Part shown: piece after piece, positions 48,531 to 61,700 of the stretch
How positions within the stretch are numbered: the first letter of the stretch is position 1
Layout: each line of letters begins with the position of its first letter
From: Macrostomum hystrix
Taxonomy: Eukaryota > Animalia > Platyhelminthes
Direction: 5' to 3'
Length of the DNA: 64,000 nucleotides
Assembly: GCA_950097015.1 (NCBI GenBank)
Contig: CATNEN010000001.1
Location: 16,244,001-16,308,000, forward strand
The notes under the pieces: generated by a model
What the model was told of the DNA's origin: nothing
Databases searched by the model: none
Seen by the model: the letters and a program-made list of their open reading frames with translations, nothing else
Position numbers and translations under genes: made by a program

Positions 48531-50539
48531 ACAATATGTCGTCAATCGAATGCTTTTCGCTGCAATAAAGTTCTTTCGTTTGCGTGTATCTCGAAGTTAT
48601 TTATCTTCTGTTTGCATTTCCAATATCCTTAAGTGTATCGGTTGCTTTGCAATAAAATTTACCTCCATTCGTGATCAATGCATTTTAAAGTCCCAATATG
48701 ATTAGTTGTTACTCGTTACTCGCTAAAATCGTGTTTTTCAAATGTTAAGTTTTTGTGTATGTTTTCTTGCGTTTTCACAATTTTGCGCATTTCAATGAGT
48801 TATTGTTTGTGAATGGACCTACCACTGACTATTCCCTCGTTATTGTTGATGTCGAATGAATCCAAATAACTAGTCGAAGTTTGATCGTGTTTAAGTTTTG
48901 TCGTGATGTTCGTTATCCATTAAATGTCTATTTGTACCGTAAGAAACCTGTAGACTGTATTGACTGTATTTTTAGACTTTGCAATTTTGTATTTTATACT
49001 GTATCCGCGTTGTCATAGTTACTGTTATGTTTAGTAGTTTGTCGTGGTTTTCTTCTAGCCGCTGCCACAGCCAGGCATGCAGGAGGCATTGAAATGTCCT
49101 CCTTGTCATCGCCCGGCAGGTTGGTTCGGTAGAGTTTTGTGAGGCTCGCTGAGGCTTAGGGATTCGAAGCTACCCCGTCTTTTCGGTGCGTGGTGCAGCT
49201 TTCGATCGCCCAATTTCTTGTCGGTTCTTGTTGGTCAGTTTCGCAGTCCCCGCTCCCAAGCGTACATTTTGTGCTGTTCGTCTTGTGTTGCTCGGTATCT
49301 GTTGAACGGTGTCGCATGATATCTATTGCTTCGTGTAGAGTATACATTATCGAACCTTGTATTTGTACTGCTAGTAGTATAATCGCGATATGAAGCTATG
49401 TATTGAAGTCATTGTAATGCCATATGTACGTTATTTATTGTTATTTTCAATGAGGACATTGACTTTTGTTGAGGAGGATGATGTAATGAAATAATTCGTC
49501 TATTTTAAATTGTTAGTAAAATCAAAATATTTATTGTATACTGTTATTACAACTAAATTTATGCTAATCATCTTCTCATATAACCGGTATTTTCGTACGG
49601 ATGTTTGTATTAATTATGTATTTAGTATTTGTTAAATCTACGCTTGACAAGTTAAATATAAAGTGACACCAGTTGCAACCGGTTTTCTGACCCGCGCGCG
49701 CGCATCGGGATTAGCCACTAAGTTTAGTTAATTAGAATATTCGAACATTAGATTATAATTAATATAACCACCTTTAACTAATCTTGCTCTATATTGTAAG
49801 CGCGTGCGTCAGCAAAGCGGCGTAATTTATATAACAGAAGTAGGCCCTATCACTAATTATATTACTAATTATACTACATTAAGCTGCAGCCCTTCAAAAC
49901 GATTTACAATTCATTTTAAATGGCGACCACCGATTAATAATTTCATTACACTATTAAGATGAAAGCAGATATGCCAACTCAAAGCCGAACAGAAGTCTTT
50001 TAGCTTAATGAAATACATTTTACCTCTGTTAGATTACATAGATAAAATCTTTTGAGAGAATATTATTGTTTGTTCTATCTGCAGAAAAAGATAAAAATCG
50101 ATTTTTAAAAGAAAGTAACCATCCTAGATCCTATAGGCTATAGATGGAAGACTTTAGATTTTTCTGTTCTAAAGTGTAAAGCTGAAGCATAAGCTTTGCA
50201 AATGAATTAGTGAAATTATTTTATAGAAATTATAATGGTATTGAACAGAAGCGGGACAGAGTGATTAGAAAAATTATTAATTACATACAAAAATCGCAAA
50301 AGCAGCATATATATCCATAGAACAAATCAATGGAACAAAGTTTTCAGTTCTCTAGAAATTGAGAGTATATTCAGAATATTGGGAATATTTAAAAGCAAAC
50401 AACTAATGTCATTGTCTACTGATGATTACAAATAGAGAGAAGGGAAATGGACCTATAGTTCATGTTTGTGCTGAAGAAATCCACTATAAATGTGCTTTAT
50501 GACATAAATCAAAATTGGACTTGTCTATCAATTAGACTG

Positions 50540-53120
50540 TATGACGAAGTTTCGGTCCCAATGTATAGGCGTAGCGGTTCGGTCTATTTGAATAGCAGTA
50601 AATTATTATTCGGCAGTAAATTGGGTCTTTAAATAACGAGATCGCTTAACGGTGAATGCTGGCTATATGACTTAGAGATATGTTACTTAGAGACATATAG
50701 AGATATATCAAGATTCACTTGAAAGTAGTTACGGCTACAGTTGAAATTAGCCACACTTAAATAATAGCCAGCACTCAGTCGTAGAACCAGAACCAGGCAC
50801 GGGGGGGGGTTGGGAGCCTTCCTGGAAAGGCCTAATTAGCACATTTGAATACGAACTACGACTATGTAGTACACTAAAACAAAACCATTATAAATATATA
50901 TGGAAAACCGAAGAAATATCCCTAACAAATATAGCTAACGAAAATATTGCACTTAATTAGAAATAGCATATTAAAATTACATTAAATTAGAGAGACAACG
51001 TCACACTCGCCTCCCTCTCAGAAGCTTAATGGCCTACTAACAGTAGTGGCTACGAACATCGAAATGGCAGCGAAAAAAACGATTTCAAAATTGTTGCTAC
51101 GTTATTAGAGTTATTAGAATAGCTGTCTAGAAATATTTTGCAAATGAGGTTAACAATGGCAGTTTCAAGTGACACAAAAACAGGCATTAAATTTCAAAGA
51201 CGAACGGCAAAAACGGAATATCGAGTGGCAAAACTGAACGACGAATGGCAAAAATTCGAACAAAAACCAAAGGCAAAATTCAGCAAGATATTGGCAAATT
51301 GAACAACGTCATCAAACCGCAGAGGCAATAAAGGAATTGAAAAGATTTTTGTTTTAGAAAATGCAATGTTTTTTATTTTTTAAACAAAACTGACAAATAG
51401 ACAAACACGAGGATTGTCTAGGACTGGCGAAAATTTCGGCGAATCGGCGGCGGAGCGAAAACCTGGACGGCCTCGACTACAGCCCCAGCGGCTGCAGCCA
51501 AGCTAAGCTCCTAACTACAGGCTACAAACAATGACTACGACAAAGACTTACACTATGGCCAAAACCTAATCCGAAGATTCAAGGCTCGACCGCAGAGATA
51601 CTAAACTAATGACAAAATGAAAAGATTGGCGAAAGCTATTAAAGAAAAGCTAACAGGCACACAGAACACAGGCAGCATACGACACCTTAGCTCTCGCTAC
51701 CTCTCCTGAACAGATTGACCAGCGTGGAAAGGAATCTGACCGGCGGCCTTACTTGCCGGCCGGACCTCGTAACAGTGCAAGCTGGTCTCTGTGCCTGGTC
51801 TGTCTGATCGTGTTCGTGTTCTATTTGTGGTTGTGGTTCTGGTGGCAGATTTGGTATTGCTGTTGCCTGAGGATTTGGATTTGGCTCTGCTGTGACTTCA
51901 ACTTCAGCACCGATGTCTGGCACCTGTTCATTATTGACAATGTTTACTGCTTGTGGTGCTTGTTCAGGTTGCACCTCGGGTGGTGACTCTGGTTTAGTGA
52001 CTGGTTGAGCATTTGGCTGTTCCACTGGCAGTGTTTTGATTGGCTGTTGAACTGGCTGTGTGATTGGCTGTTGAACTGTATGTGTGATTGGCTGTTGAAC
52101 TGTCTGTGTGATTGGCTGTTGAACTGGCTGTGTGATTGGCTGTTGAACTGGCTGTGTGATTGGCTGTTCGACTGGCTGTGTGATTGATGACGATTGGCTT
52201 CTCGGAAAAGAGCGGCTCTTCTGACCCACAGGTGGGACAGTGACCAAGTCTGGTTCGGAAGTCCAGTCAGAACTAAGGCTCAGCTGTCTGGAGCTGGAAT
52301 CCAGATCTCCTTGTCCTAGCTTAGATGAGCGTGGCATCCTTGCTACGGTGTCTAATCTAAATCTATCAACCACATCCTGATAGTTTGGCTGGCGGATGCA
52401 CCTCTTCATCCGGTCTACGTTATAGATGTTGTGACTAGGATTCGGTACTCTGAACGGATTCTCTCGCGAAAACTCTGGAATCAACCTATAGTTTCTCTCA
52501 GAGACCTTCTGAATAACCTTGTACGGACCAAACCAAACAGCTGGGTCGAGGCCTTTGTGGTCGGGGTTTAGAACCCACACTAGCTCTCCAACCTCGTAGC
52601 TTGACTTATAAACCGATCTGTCATAGTAACGCTTCTGCCTAGCCTGTGCCTTCTTCCTAACAGCCCGTGCGGTGGCAGAGGTTTCGACAAGAGTTCGGTG
52701 GAGTCGGTGCGCGTAACTGTCCGGGTCATAGCAATCTTGCCTTGGTGGGTTGTACATCAGGTCTAGGGGCATTTGAAATTCACGGCCCAGAAAAAGCTTA
52801 GCAGGTGTCATGCCTGTCGATTCGGATTCTAGAGAGCGGATGCTCATTCCTACACACCTAGCGGCAAAGGGCCAAGTCACATGCCTCTCAGCACAGACTG
52901 CTCGAATTTGACTCTTAATAGTCTGGATGTTGCGTTCCACCTTCCCGTTGGCCTGGGGGCGGCGAGCAGTGATTCTAACGGTATCGATCTCTAGCAAGCG
53001 GGTCAGCTCTGCAACAATGTTATTTATGAATGCTGTGCCATTGTCCGAGACCATTTGCTCCATAGCACCGTAGCGAACAATCCACTCTGTCAGGATTGCT
53101 GCCGCGGTTGTCTCGGCAGT
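50540..53120 (-). mobile_element. 3' remnant of a second Gypsy-type element: integrase C-half, 3' UTR, PPT and one LTR (about 51005-50540)
   Basis: Minus-strand PPT GAGAGGGAGGCGAG immediately followed by TGTGACG at 51005; degenerate inverted end CGTCATA at about 50540. Confidence 0.75.
51687..53120 (-). pseudogene. 5'-truncated Gypsy integrase with GPY/F motif and a long Gln/Pro-rich tail
   Basis: MVSDNGTAF...PQANGKVER, WFGPYKV, 24-bp (QQPITQPV) repeats, terminal TRSGRQVRPP. Confidence 0.9.
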
Positions 53121-54759
53121 TAAAAGTATCACAATATAAGAAAAAAATATTTTTTTGCAGCACACACAAAAAATGTAAGGTTTACTGCGTTACTGTGTAC
53201 AAAAGTTTCATTATCTATATATCAGCTTTCAATTTGGTAATCAAATTCTCAATTATAAAGAGTCCTTGGTGCCATTATATGATTTATTAAACAAAAAAAC
53301 AACTATTTTGCTACAACCGGTGTCACTAAAAAAATACAGTTACGTTATTCAAAGAAAGAATGGCAAAGGATCACGGGCCTATGACATATTGGCATTTATA
53401 AATAGCAGAAAGGTCTTTATTTTCTTTGGATGCCTTGACGTGTGTGTTATTAAAGTCTGTTTTGTGCTCATAAAGCAGCACTCAATATATACATTAATTA
53501 GAAATTCTTGGCTTACATTATATGTGGTGTGACAATTTTTTTGTCAAAGACTCTCCAAGAGGTTGTGAAGCTGTAAATAAAAACTATTGCGCATTTTAAA
53601 AAATTTCTCTTGTTTAATGCACTTTCAGATTGGTAATTTAGAAGAGCAATTTTCATTTAGCAATTTCGTATAAATGACACCGATGACTAATAACAGTAGA
53701 ATCAAGTAATTTAATTAATGTTTTGTGGTAATCTAGTTTCTTCTCACATATTCCCGTATACATACTTTATCATTAGACTCGTTATCATTACTAATTTCCT
53801 GCCTAAAGTCCAAAATCGTGGCTCGGACACGCGTCGCTTATTAATTTTTCTGTTGAATTTTCGCAAAATGTGTCACTAATATCGAGCAGATTAGGAAAAA
53901 TTAAATGCTTTGACATTAAAAACATCAATTTAGATTTTTAACAGTAAAAATATACCCATTTGACATTTACTTGCCGTTACATCAAAAGTACTGTTACATC
54001 TGCAACTTTGTTATAATCTTCGGAAATGCAATTTGAGATTTACCCTTAAAAGATAAGCTGAAACAGCCGTTTAAATTTGTGCCATAGAAGGACTTGGTGC
54101 GTTAAAAATAAGCCGGTCCATATCATGCCACCGTAATATATAGCATGATGTATAGGCGAAGCCGAGGCCCAGAAGCGCAGTCCGAAGCCGTTCCTAGGCC
54201 ATAGACAACGAAATCAGGGGGGTATTATGGTATTTAATCCTAAAGCCTGGCCCGGCTCACGAGATTGCAAACCTAAAACTGTTTACAGCAACTGTGACCA
54301 TAGACTATATGTTTAATCGGCCTAGGCCGTTAAATCATTTAACGGCATAGGCCGATTAAATAATAAATGCGCAGAATAATTAGCCAATAGGCCGGGCCAA
54401 GCTGGGGATTAAATGGATCGCTTATAGCCACAGAAGACCACTGGAATTGTAGCAGTACTTTCATTTTTCCGTGTCCTTCTTTGTCCTTTCTTATATTTTA
54501 TAAGCCTTCTAGATTTGTCATTTTAAAACTCTAGTTGACCTCGCCCCTTTCCTCTAGTTTGTTTTTCTATTCATTTACTTTTCTGTTTTTCGCGAAAAAA
54601 TCGAGACTTAATCTAGTCCATTTTCTCTATTTACTAAAATTCAAATTCTGATCGACACGGGAGCTGAAGTGTCATGCATCAGCAATGACGTCTGCCGGAA
54701 TCATCATCGTCGTCAGAGGCATGGACGGCAACCTGCAACCAGTGCTCGGCAAAACAACG

Positions 54760-55310
54760 CTGTGGATCTGTTGATCCGTGAATCTTGTGAATCTTGTGGA
54801 TCTGTGCATCTGTGGATCTGTGTATCTGTGGATCTGTGTATCTTGTAGATCTGTGGATCTTTGGATCTGTGGATCTGTGGATCTGTGGATCTGTGTATCT
54901 TGTGGATCTTTGGATCTGTGGATCTGTGGATCTTGTGGATCTGTGGATCTGTGTATCTTGTGGATCTGTGGATCTGTGTATCTTGTGGATCTTTGGATCT
55001 GTGGATCTGTGGATCCTGTGGATCTGTGGATCTGTGGATCTTGTGGATCTGTGGATCTGTGTATCTTGTGGATCTGTGTATCTTGTGGATCTGTGGATCT
55101 GTGCATCTGTGCATCTGTGCATCTGTGCATCTGTGGATCTTGTGGGTCTGTGGATCTTGTGGGTCTGTGGATCTTGTGGGTCTGTGGATCTTGTGGGTCT
55201 GTGGATCTTGTGGGTCTGTGGATCTTGTGGGTCTGTGGATCTCGTGGGTCGGTGGATCTGTGGTTCTTCTGAATCTTCTGAATCTGTGTATCTGTGGATC
55301 TTGTGGATCT
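54760..55310. repeat. 8/9-bp TGTGGATC(T) microsatellite
   Basis: Tandem array. Confidence 0.95.
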
Positions 55311-55706
55311 CTTACTCTAGCTTGTCTAGGATAAGTTGAGCCACTAGATTGACTGGATAGTGTTATTAATTCTAACGACCTAGGTCAATTCTTAAACCAA
55401 GAAGCATCTGGCAGGGTGTTTGTTTTGATCCAGTTAAATATAATTCACTCGTGTATTGCTGAAACAAAGCAAACGGTGTTATAGTGAGGAAAATCAGTAG
55501 CCAGGAAAATTTTATTCCATGAAAGCCTGCCATGTCCAGATGATCTCCTTTGGATCTCCTCTAAGACAACCACTTCTTAGACGTGCTGAAATTTTTAAAT
55601 TTATTTATGACAAATTTTACAGCCAACAGTTTTTTCATTCTGTTCTTGTATTTCTGGGATCTAGACTTCAACTTGCTTAAGCAGGTGGTCCTCTACTGAA
55701 TGATCT

Positions 55707-58700
55707 CTAGTAGAAATTCCTGTGCTGCGCGGGCGACAGCCTCGGAGAGGGCGGGTCCACAACAATGTCCACCTCGGGCGGTCTCGACAGAAGAGCCTCG
55801 GATTCGTCTGTCGGCTGAGTTCTGTGCAAATTGTGACAAATTCCTCATCTAAATACCATTAACAGCTGATGAGCATGGCCTCAATAAAATAAAAAACGAT
55901 ACGTCGAATGACGACTGAGTTAATTGAAGGAGCGATAACAACGTTTCTAGTGGCGCTAGTTAATGTTGTAGTTTCGCGTGTTATAATACTCGAAATATTA
56001 ATTGCAGGAGGGCTGCGGGCAATGGCACATCATTTGGTGACCCAAGACCTGCAGCCAGCGAGGAGGCAATTCCGCCCATTTCGCTGACTCCTGAGCACAC
56101 ACGAATGCAGATACCGTACGCATGTACAGGCTCGCACAGGTGTGTACATCTGCCCAGACTTTCTCAACGTCAGGCAGTGTACACTCTCACCATGCTTTGG
56201 GGGTTGGCCCCCAAAATCCTCACTCCAGCGGCGCGGCGGAATCGAGCTCAGGGACCTTGACATTCAGTGCTTAGGGAGAGGCAAACGTGTTAACCGCTCT
56301 GCCACTGACCCCCTAGTCTCGCTTGCGTGCAAGTGTCTGTCTGGGGTGTTAGCTCATTATCGCGTGCATGCTTGAAGTGGCAGCACCAGTCTAGCCTAAA
56401 TACATTGGCTGTCTCCAATGAGGCGACTCCTCACATTTAATTGTCGACTCATTCTAAAACCGCGCTCTCACTGAACTGAACTCACATAACAATGTCGGCT
56501 GGCGGCTTTTTCGTTTCCGAAACCCCAGTTTTCGTCTGCTTCTCCGTCATCCCGATCTCCGATGAATTCCTCGGCGGCTGGTGAGACCGCGGCTTCAGGG
56601 TGAGCGCCGGCATGATGTCGTCCAGCCACTTGAGCTCATTCTGAGTGAACAGGTAGTCTAGCGCTTTTCGAATGAAGCACATTGCCAGCACCATGATTGG
56701 GAACAGGATGGAGATCTGCTTGATCACCTTCACAGCCCACAGCAGCGCCAGGCATGCCACCTGGATGATGGTGAACTTGTGCACCTGGATTATCTTCACG
56801 TGCCTGCGTTAATAATGTTTGAATTGAATTCTCATGTGAAGCTAGCAATGACTGTGGCACTGATTGACAAACAGCTGTCTCACCTCAGGAAGATGTAGTC
56901 TGGCTGGTACTTCTGCGGCATGAACATCAGGCCCACCCGCTGCACCAGCTGCACACCCCTCAGGCTGGAGATGCCCATGAACAGAAACACTCCGTACAGC
57001 ACAGGCATGGGAATGTGCTTCAGCACCGGCGTCAGGAACACCGACAGGCCGATGAGCAGGAAGATCAGGAAGCCTGTGACACGGTTCTCACTGAAAATGA
57101 GATGCACCAGGAATACTATTTTCATTCTGGCAGTCACCTCAGCTATTCAGGCAGTCACCTCAGCTATTCAGGCAGTCACCTCAGCTATTCAGGCAGTCAC
57201 CTCAGCTATTCAGGCAGTCACCTCAGCTATTCAGGCAGTCACCTCAGCTATTCAGGTATTCAGGCAGTCACCTCAGCTATTCAGGCAGTCACCTCAGCTA
57301 TTCAGGCAGTCACCTCAGCTATTCAGGCAGTCACCTCAGCTATTCAGGCAGTCACCTCAGCTATTCAGGCACAGTTCACTCACCGGCAGCCCAGAAACTT
57401 GGGTCTCTCGCCCGGCGCCGTGGACTTGCTCTCAATCTTCAGTGACATCACATGATTGATTGACAGCACAGTGGCAGCCACAAACCAGGGAATGCCTAGG
57501 ATTGAGTTAACGCAAATGAGCACTGCCACAATGAGCAGGTCCAGGTGATAGCCGAGGCCCTTCTTCAGCTTGTTCTCCTTGCGGTTGACAATGACAGCCG
57601 TGATCTGCTGGTCCATGAAGATCAGGATGGTGGCTAGCAGGGCAGGGAGGAGAGCGAAGATCGCCGAGTACAAGGGGTTCTGACCGCGACTGCCGAACAG
57701 CGGCACAATCCAGCCCCTAGTCTCGTAGCCCAGCGTCGGTGAGAAGGTCTCAGGCACGTGCAACTTTGGCGTGTGCAACCCCATCACGAGGTCAACGGTT
57801 GTCATGGCAACGATGGCCAGCATGACAGCAAAGTCGCTAATCAGTGAGCGAACGCTGTTAGGAAAGAAGCGTGAATTGCGCATCATTTTCAGGCCGTAGC
57901 TGATGCCGAAGGTGCCAAGGAAAAGCAGGCAGGAGAAGAAGAACACGTCAGGCACGGCGTACTGGCCGCAGCCGCTGCCCTGCCACTTGCCCTGGTTGTT
58001 GACGCAGTACTTGTAGTACTTATTCGAGTCCCAGTCCCAGTACTTCATCTCGGAGTAGTTGGCGAAGTAGCGAATCTCGCTGCTGTTCTCGTCGCCGTAG
58101 AGGCGGGGAAAACTGGGGACAAAGTACCGCTGGCCCGGCATCAGCGGCTTCCTTTGGGTGTCGTTGATGGCTGGGTCCAGTTGGCAAGAACAATTGAAGT
58201 CAGACACAAACTTCGGGTGCCAATCCCGATTGATGGGATAATAGGAGGCTATGCTAATCAGCTTCTTGATGGCTTCGACTATGAAGATGAGGGCGATTAG
58301 AGCAGCGAAAGACTCCTCTGTGAAGCGGGTGATGTACCTGTCAGGAAAGTGACGCTTTGATTTGTGTAAATCGTACAGGTTTCTTTGCTACTTTCGGGGG
58401 AGTCAGTGGCCGAGCGGTCTAACGCGTCTGCCTCTCGCACCAAGGTCCCTGAGCTGCGGAGAGAAGGCTTGGGGGCTTGTCGTGCAATTTACGCCCTTGA
58501 GGGCCAACCTACAAGGCACAGTGAGAGTGTACACTGCCTGACGATGAGAAAGTCAGGACAGATGTACACACCTGTGAGAGCGAGTGCCTGCGTACAGTAT
58601 CTGTGTGCGTGTGTGCTCAGGAGTCAGCGAAACGGGCAGAATTGCCTCCTCGCTGGCTGCGGGTCTAGTGTCACCAAATGATGTCCCCTTGCCCGCAACC

Positions 58701-61700
58701 CTCCTGCAACTATTGTTTTTATTATAGCTAGTGTCTGGTGATCCATAACTTGCAAAGCAGCACTCACTTGACCAACGCGCTCAGGTCGAAAGCCACGAAG
58801 AGCATAAGGATGACAAAGATCCAGATACCGATCCAGAGTCTCAGGCTTAGGTAGTCCCAGTGCCACTCTTTGCACATCTTGAAGACGATTGTCTCAAACA
58901 CCAGCACGGGTCCTGTAGAGCCTGTTGAAATGATTGACAAGGATCAGCGCGCTTTTATTATTCAATAGTCGATCATCGGTACATAATTTGAATAAACAAA
59001 GCTCATGAACATAGAGAGGCCAACCCACCGAGAATCGTGAGCGGCTGTCCCGAGAACAGAGCGTACAGAATTCCGCAGATGGCGCCGGAGAGAATGGACT
59101 CCATGGCACCCAGGTACCCCTCGGTGGCGTCCACGAGCAAGCCGCCAAATGTGATAATCGGCGTCAGACAGGCGAAGTACAGGAAGAAGAAGGCGCCGAT
59201 GGTTTGCACATGCAGAGCGTCCTTCAGGTCCGAGACGTAGAATGGCGCTTTTCGTTTGACATCTTCGATGAGGCCGCCGAAGAGGCGACCGGTTCGCTCC
59301 AGCGAGGCGTCGAAGTGACTCTCGGCGTCGCCCAGGGAGGCTGTTTGAGACTGCTGCGGCTGTGGCTGTGGTGGCGGCTGCTGCTGCTGTTGCTTCTGCT
59401 GCGATTCCTGCCCTGATGCGTCCTGGGGCTTTGGCAGCAGCTGCTCATTAGCTGCCTGACCGTCCTCCACTGTCAAAGATTGCCAGTCTTTTTCTTATTT
59501 TTGGGAAATCAGCTTAACCTACTTCGATAGCCTACTAGAAGTAGTGAGTAGAGTTTTTGATGCGCTTTCAACGACAATGGCCAACTTAATGGAAGTAATA
59601 AGCCCCCCCAAAGTCAATCACCTGCCATGGCTGCCAGGTTGGCTGATGACTGGCCCTGTTTGCGCGGCTCCTGCGACGGCACCTCCTTTGGCGGCTCGAT
59701 GCGGATGTTGGGATCCCACTCGTTCGGCGGCAGGACGATGCAGAATTTCAGGAACTCGTCAACACCGGCCAGGAGGTCCTCCTTATTGAGGCGAGTTGCC
59801 ATTTTTGAATGTGAATAGTCAGCGAATGCAATGAAGGCCAATCGTCTTTTATTAAAGAAATCGTCATTAAAATCCAGAACACTTGGGATTAAATTTCCGA
59901 CTCTATCACATGAGACAACTTCTAGAGTCACAAAACATCGTCGAGATATATTCAAAGATTCTCGTCATGGGTGTCTGGTGGCAAGAACCACAAGTACGGA
60001 GATAGTTTTTCTGCTCACAAAATTTCATCATGTAATCATGTCGGCAAAATCATGTCTATTCAGGATTCATAAGTTGCGACTTTTTTCGATCCTAATGGTG
60101 GACTTTCACGAAAATCGGTCCTTCGTGAAGTAGGCAGCAGGTATTTCCCCAAGGGGAAAATTAAGTGGTTGTTCCTCTGTCAAGAGGCATAGTAATAATC
60201 ATGAGAGAACGCGATCACCTTTCCCTTGGCCAGGTAGGCGACCTCTCTAAACACCTCGTCGGACATTAGGGTGCCCAGGCAGCGGCCCATCTCCTTCAGC
60301 GGGTCGGCCTGTCCCGGCGGTCCCAGCAGTACAAACAGGAAGCGGCTGGGCACTGGCACCTCGGTGATTTCGGTGGCCAAGCAGGCGCTCCTGAGCCGAA
60401 TGAAGCAGACAACTGGGCCGCCAGTCAGGAAGCTGGTGCTGCCCACAAGAATGTTGGCGGTCTCCGCTCCTGGAGGCACTTTTCTCATGAAGCTCTGATC
60501 ATAGGTCTTTGAAGTTGCCGACTGAAGCTGCTGCGACGGCGCCGGTTGTAGCTGCCCCTCACCTGCGGCTTCGTCGTTGGCAACGGCGTCGCTCAGACCA
60601 ACACCGCTGGGACTCGTGCGAAAGCTGGCCTGCGAGTCTGAAGGGTTCGCGCTAGATTCTTGATTCGGAGCTACTTGAAAAACAATGATTTTAAGCGTAA
60701 TGTCGGTTGTCTTTTAGTCAATAGAGCCAAGAAAGACAGGGTTTGTAGCCTGGTGGTTGGAGGTGAGTAGTGGCAGCGGTCTGACTCGTTTGCCTTTCGC
60801 ACCAAGGTCCCTGAGTTCGATTCCACGGCGAAGCCACATTCATTTTGAGGCGCAGCCGCGGAGAGAAGGCTTGGGGGCTTGTCGTGCAATTTACGCCTTT
60901 GAAGGCCAAACTCCAAGGCACAGTGAGAGTGTACACTGCCTGACGATAAGAAAATGAGAAGATATGTCAGGGCATATGTACACACCTGTGTGAGTGTGTG
61001 CCAACGTACAGTATCTGTATGCGTGTGTGCTGCTGGTCTAGTGTCACCAAATGATGTGCCATTGTCCGCAACCCTCCTGCAATTACTATTACAATTGATA
61101 AAGCCTGGTGGTTAAAGCCTAAAGTGTCGGACACTCACGACATGTCGGGGTTCGTGGGTTCGACTCCTGACTCCACTGAAATAGAATAAGTATAAGCTGT
61201 AATTGAGGGTGGGTGTGGCGTCCCCCAGTCCATGGACTGAACAGCCGCGCAACGGTCTACAGATGCGCCGCGCAGTAACTGCGGCTGTGCTGTCGACAGC
61301 CAAATTCATCAAATATTTCTGTTAAATTTTGTCGGGGTGAATCGTTCTAACACGCAGAATTTTTCTAATGATACTAACAGCCCTTAAATGCAGTCTCCGT
61401 CAACTCACCCTTCTCCAGATCCTTCGACGAATACCGCTTGCCGATCTCGGCAATGCTTCGAATTTTCGAGCCCAAAAACGACCCGGTCCTGACCATCCGC
61501 TTCTCATGCAGATTCCAGTGCTTCTTCAGCAGCAACTCCTTGGTCCTGTCTCGCTGCTCAGCTGGCAGGCGAGACTTCACAACTAGACGGTCCAGCATCA
61601 ACTCGACGACGGATTCGAAGGACTGGGCTTCACACTCCAACATCACTTCGCCTGACGGTGTTGCGGGGAGTAGCTGTGAGATATCCTGTGCCTAACAGGC

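Larger units (their letters stand above)
45613..49950 (+). mobile_element. Young non-autonomous Gypsy-type LTR retrotransposon (gag + protease only)
   Basis: 469-bp LTRs at 45613-46081 and 49482-49950 (TGTAATGAA...TTCATTACA; one difference seen); 4-bp TSD CTAT; PBS at 46084-46101; purine tract GAGGAGGATGA before the 3' LTR. Confidence 0.95.

Noticed and set aside
55860-55930. Hammerhead ribozyme core at CTGATGAG
   Set aside because: No properly placed stem II followed by GAAA.
58396-58470. Functional tRNA genes at the SINE heads
   Set aside because: No complete cloverleaf; each head continues into a shared body of about 250 bp and the copies are mutually degenerate.
61139-61175. Extra SLC4 micro-exon
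   Set aside because: It overlaps the tRNA-like repeat, and the flanking exons already join in phase 1 without it.
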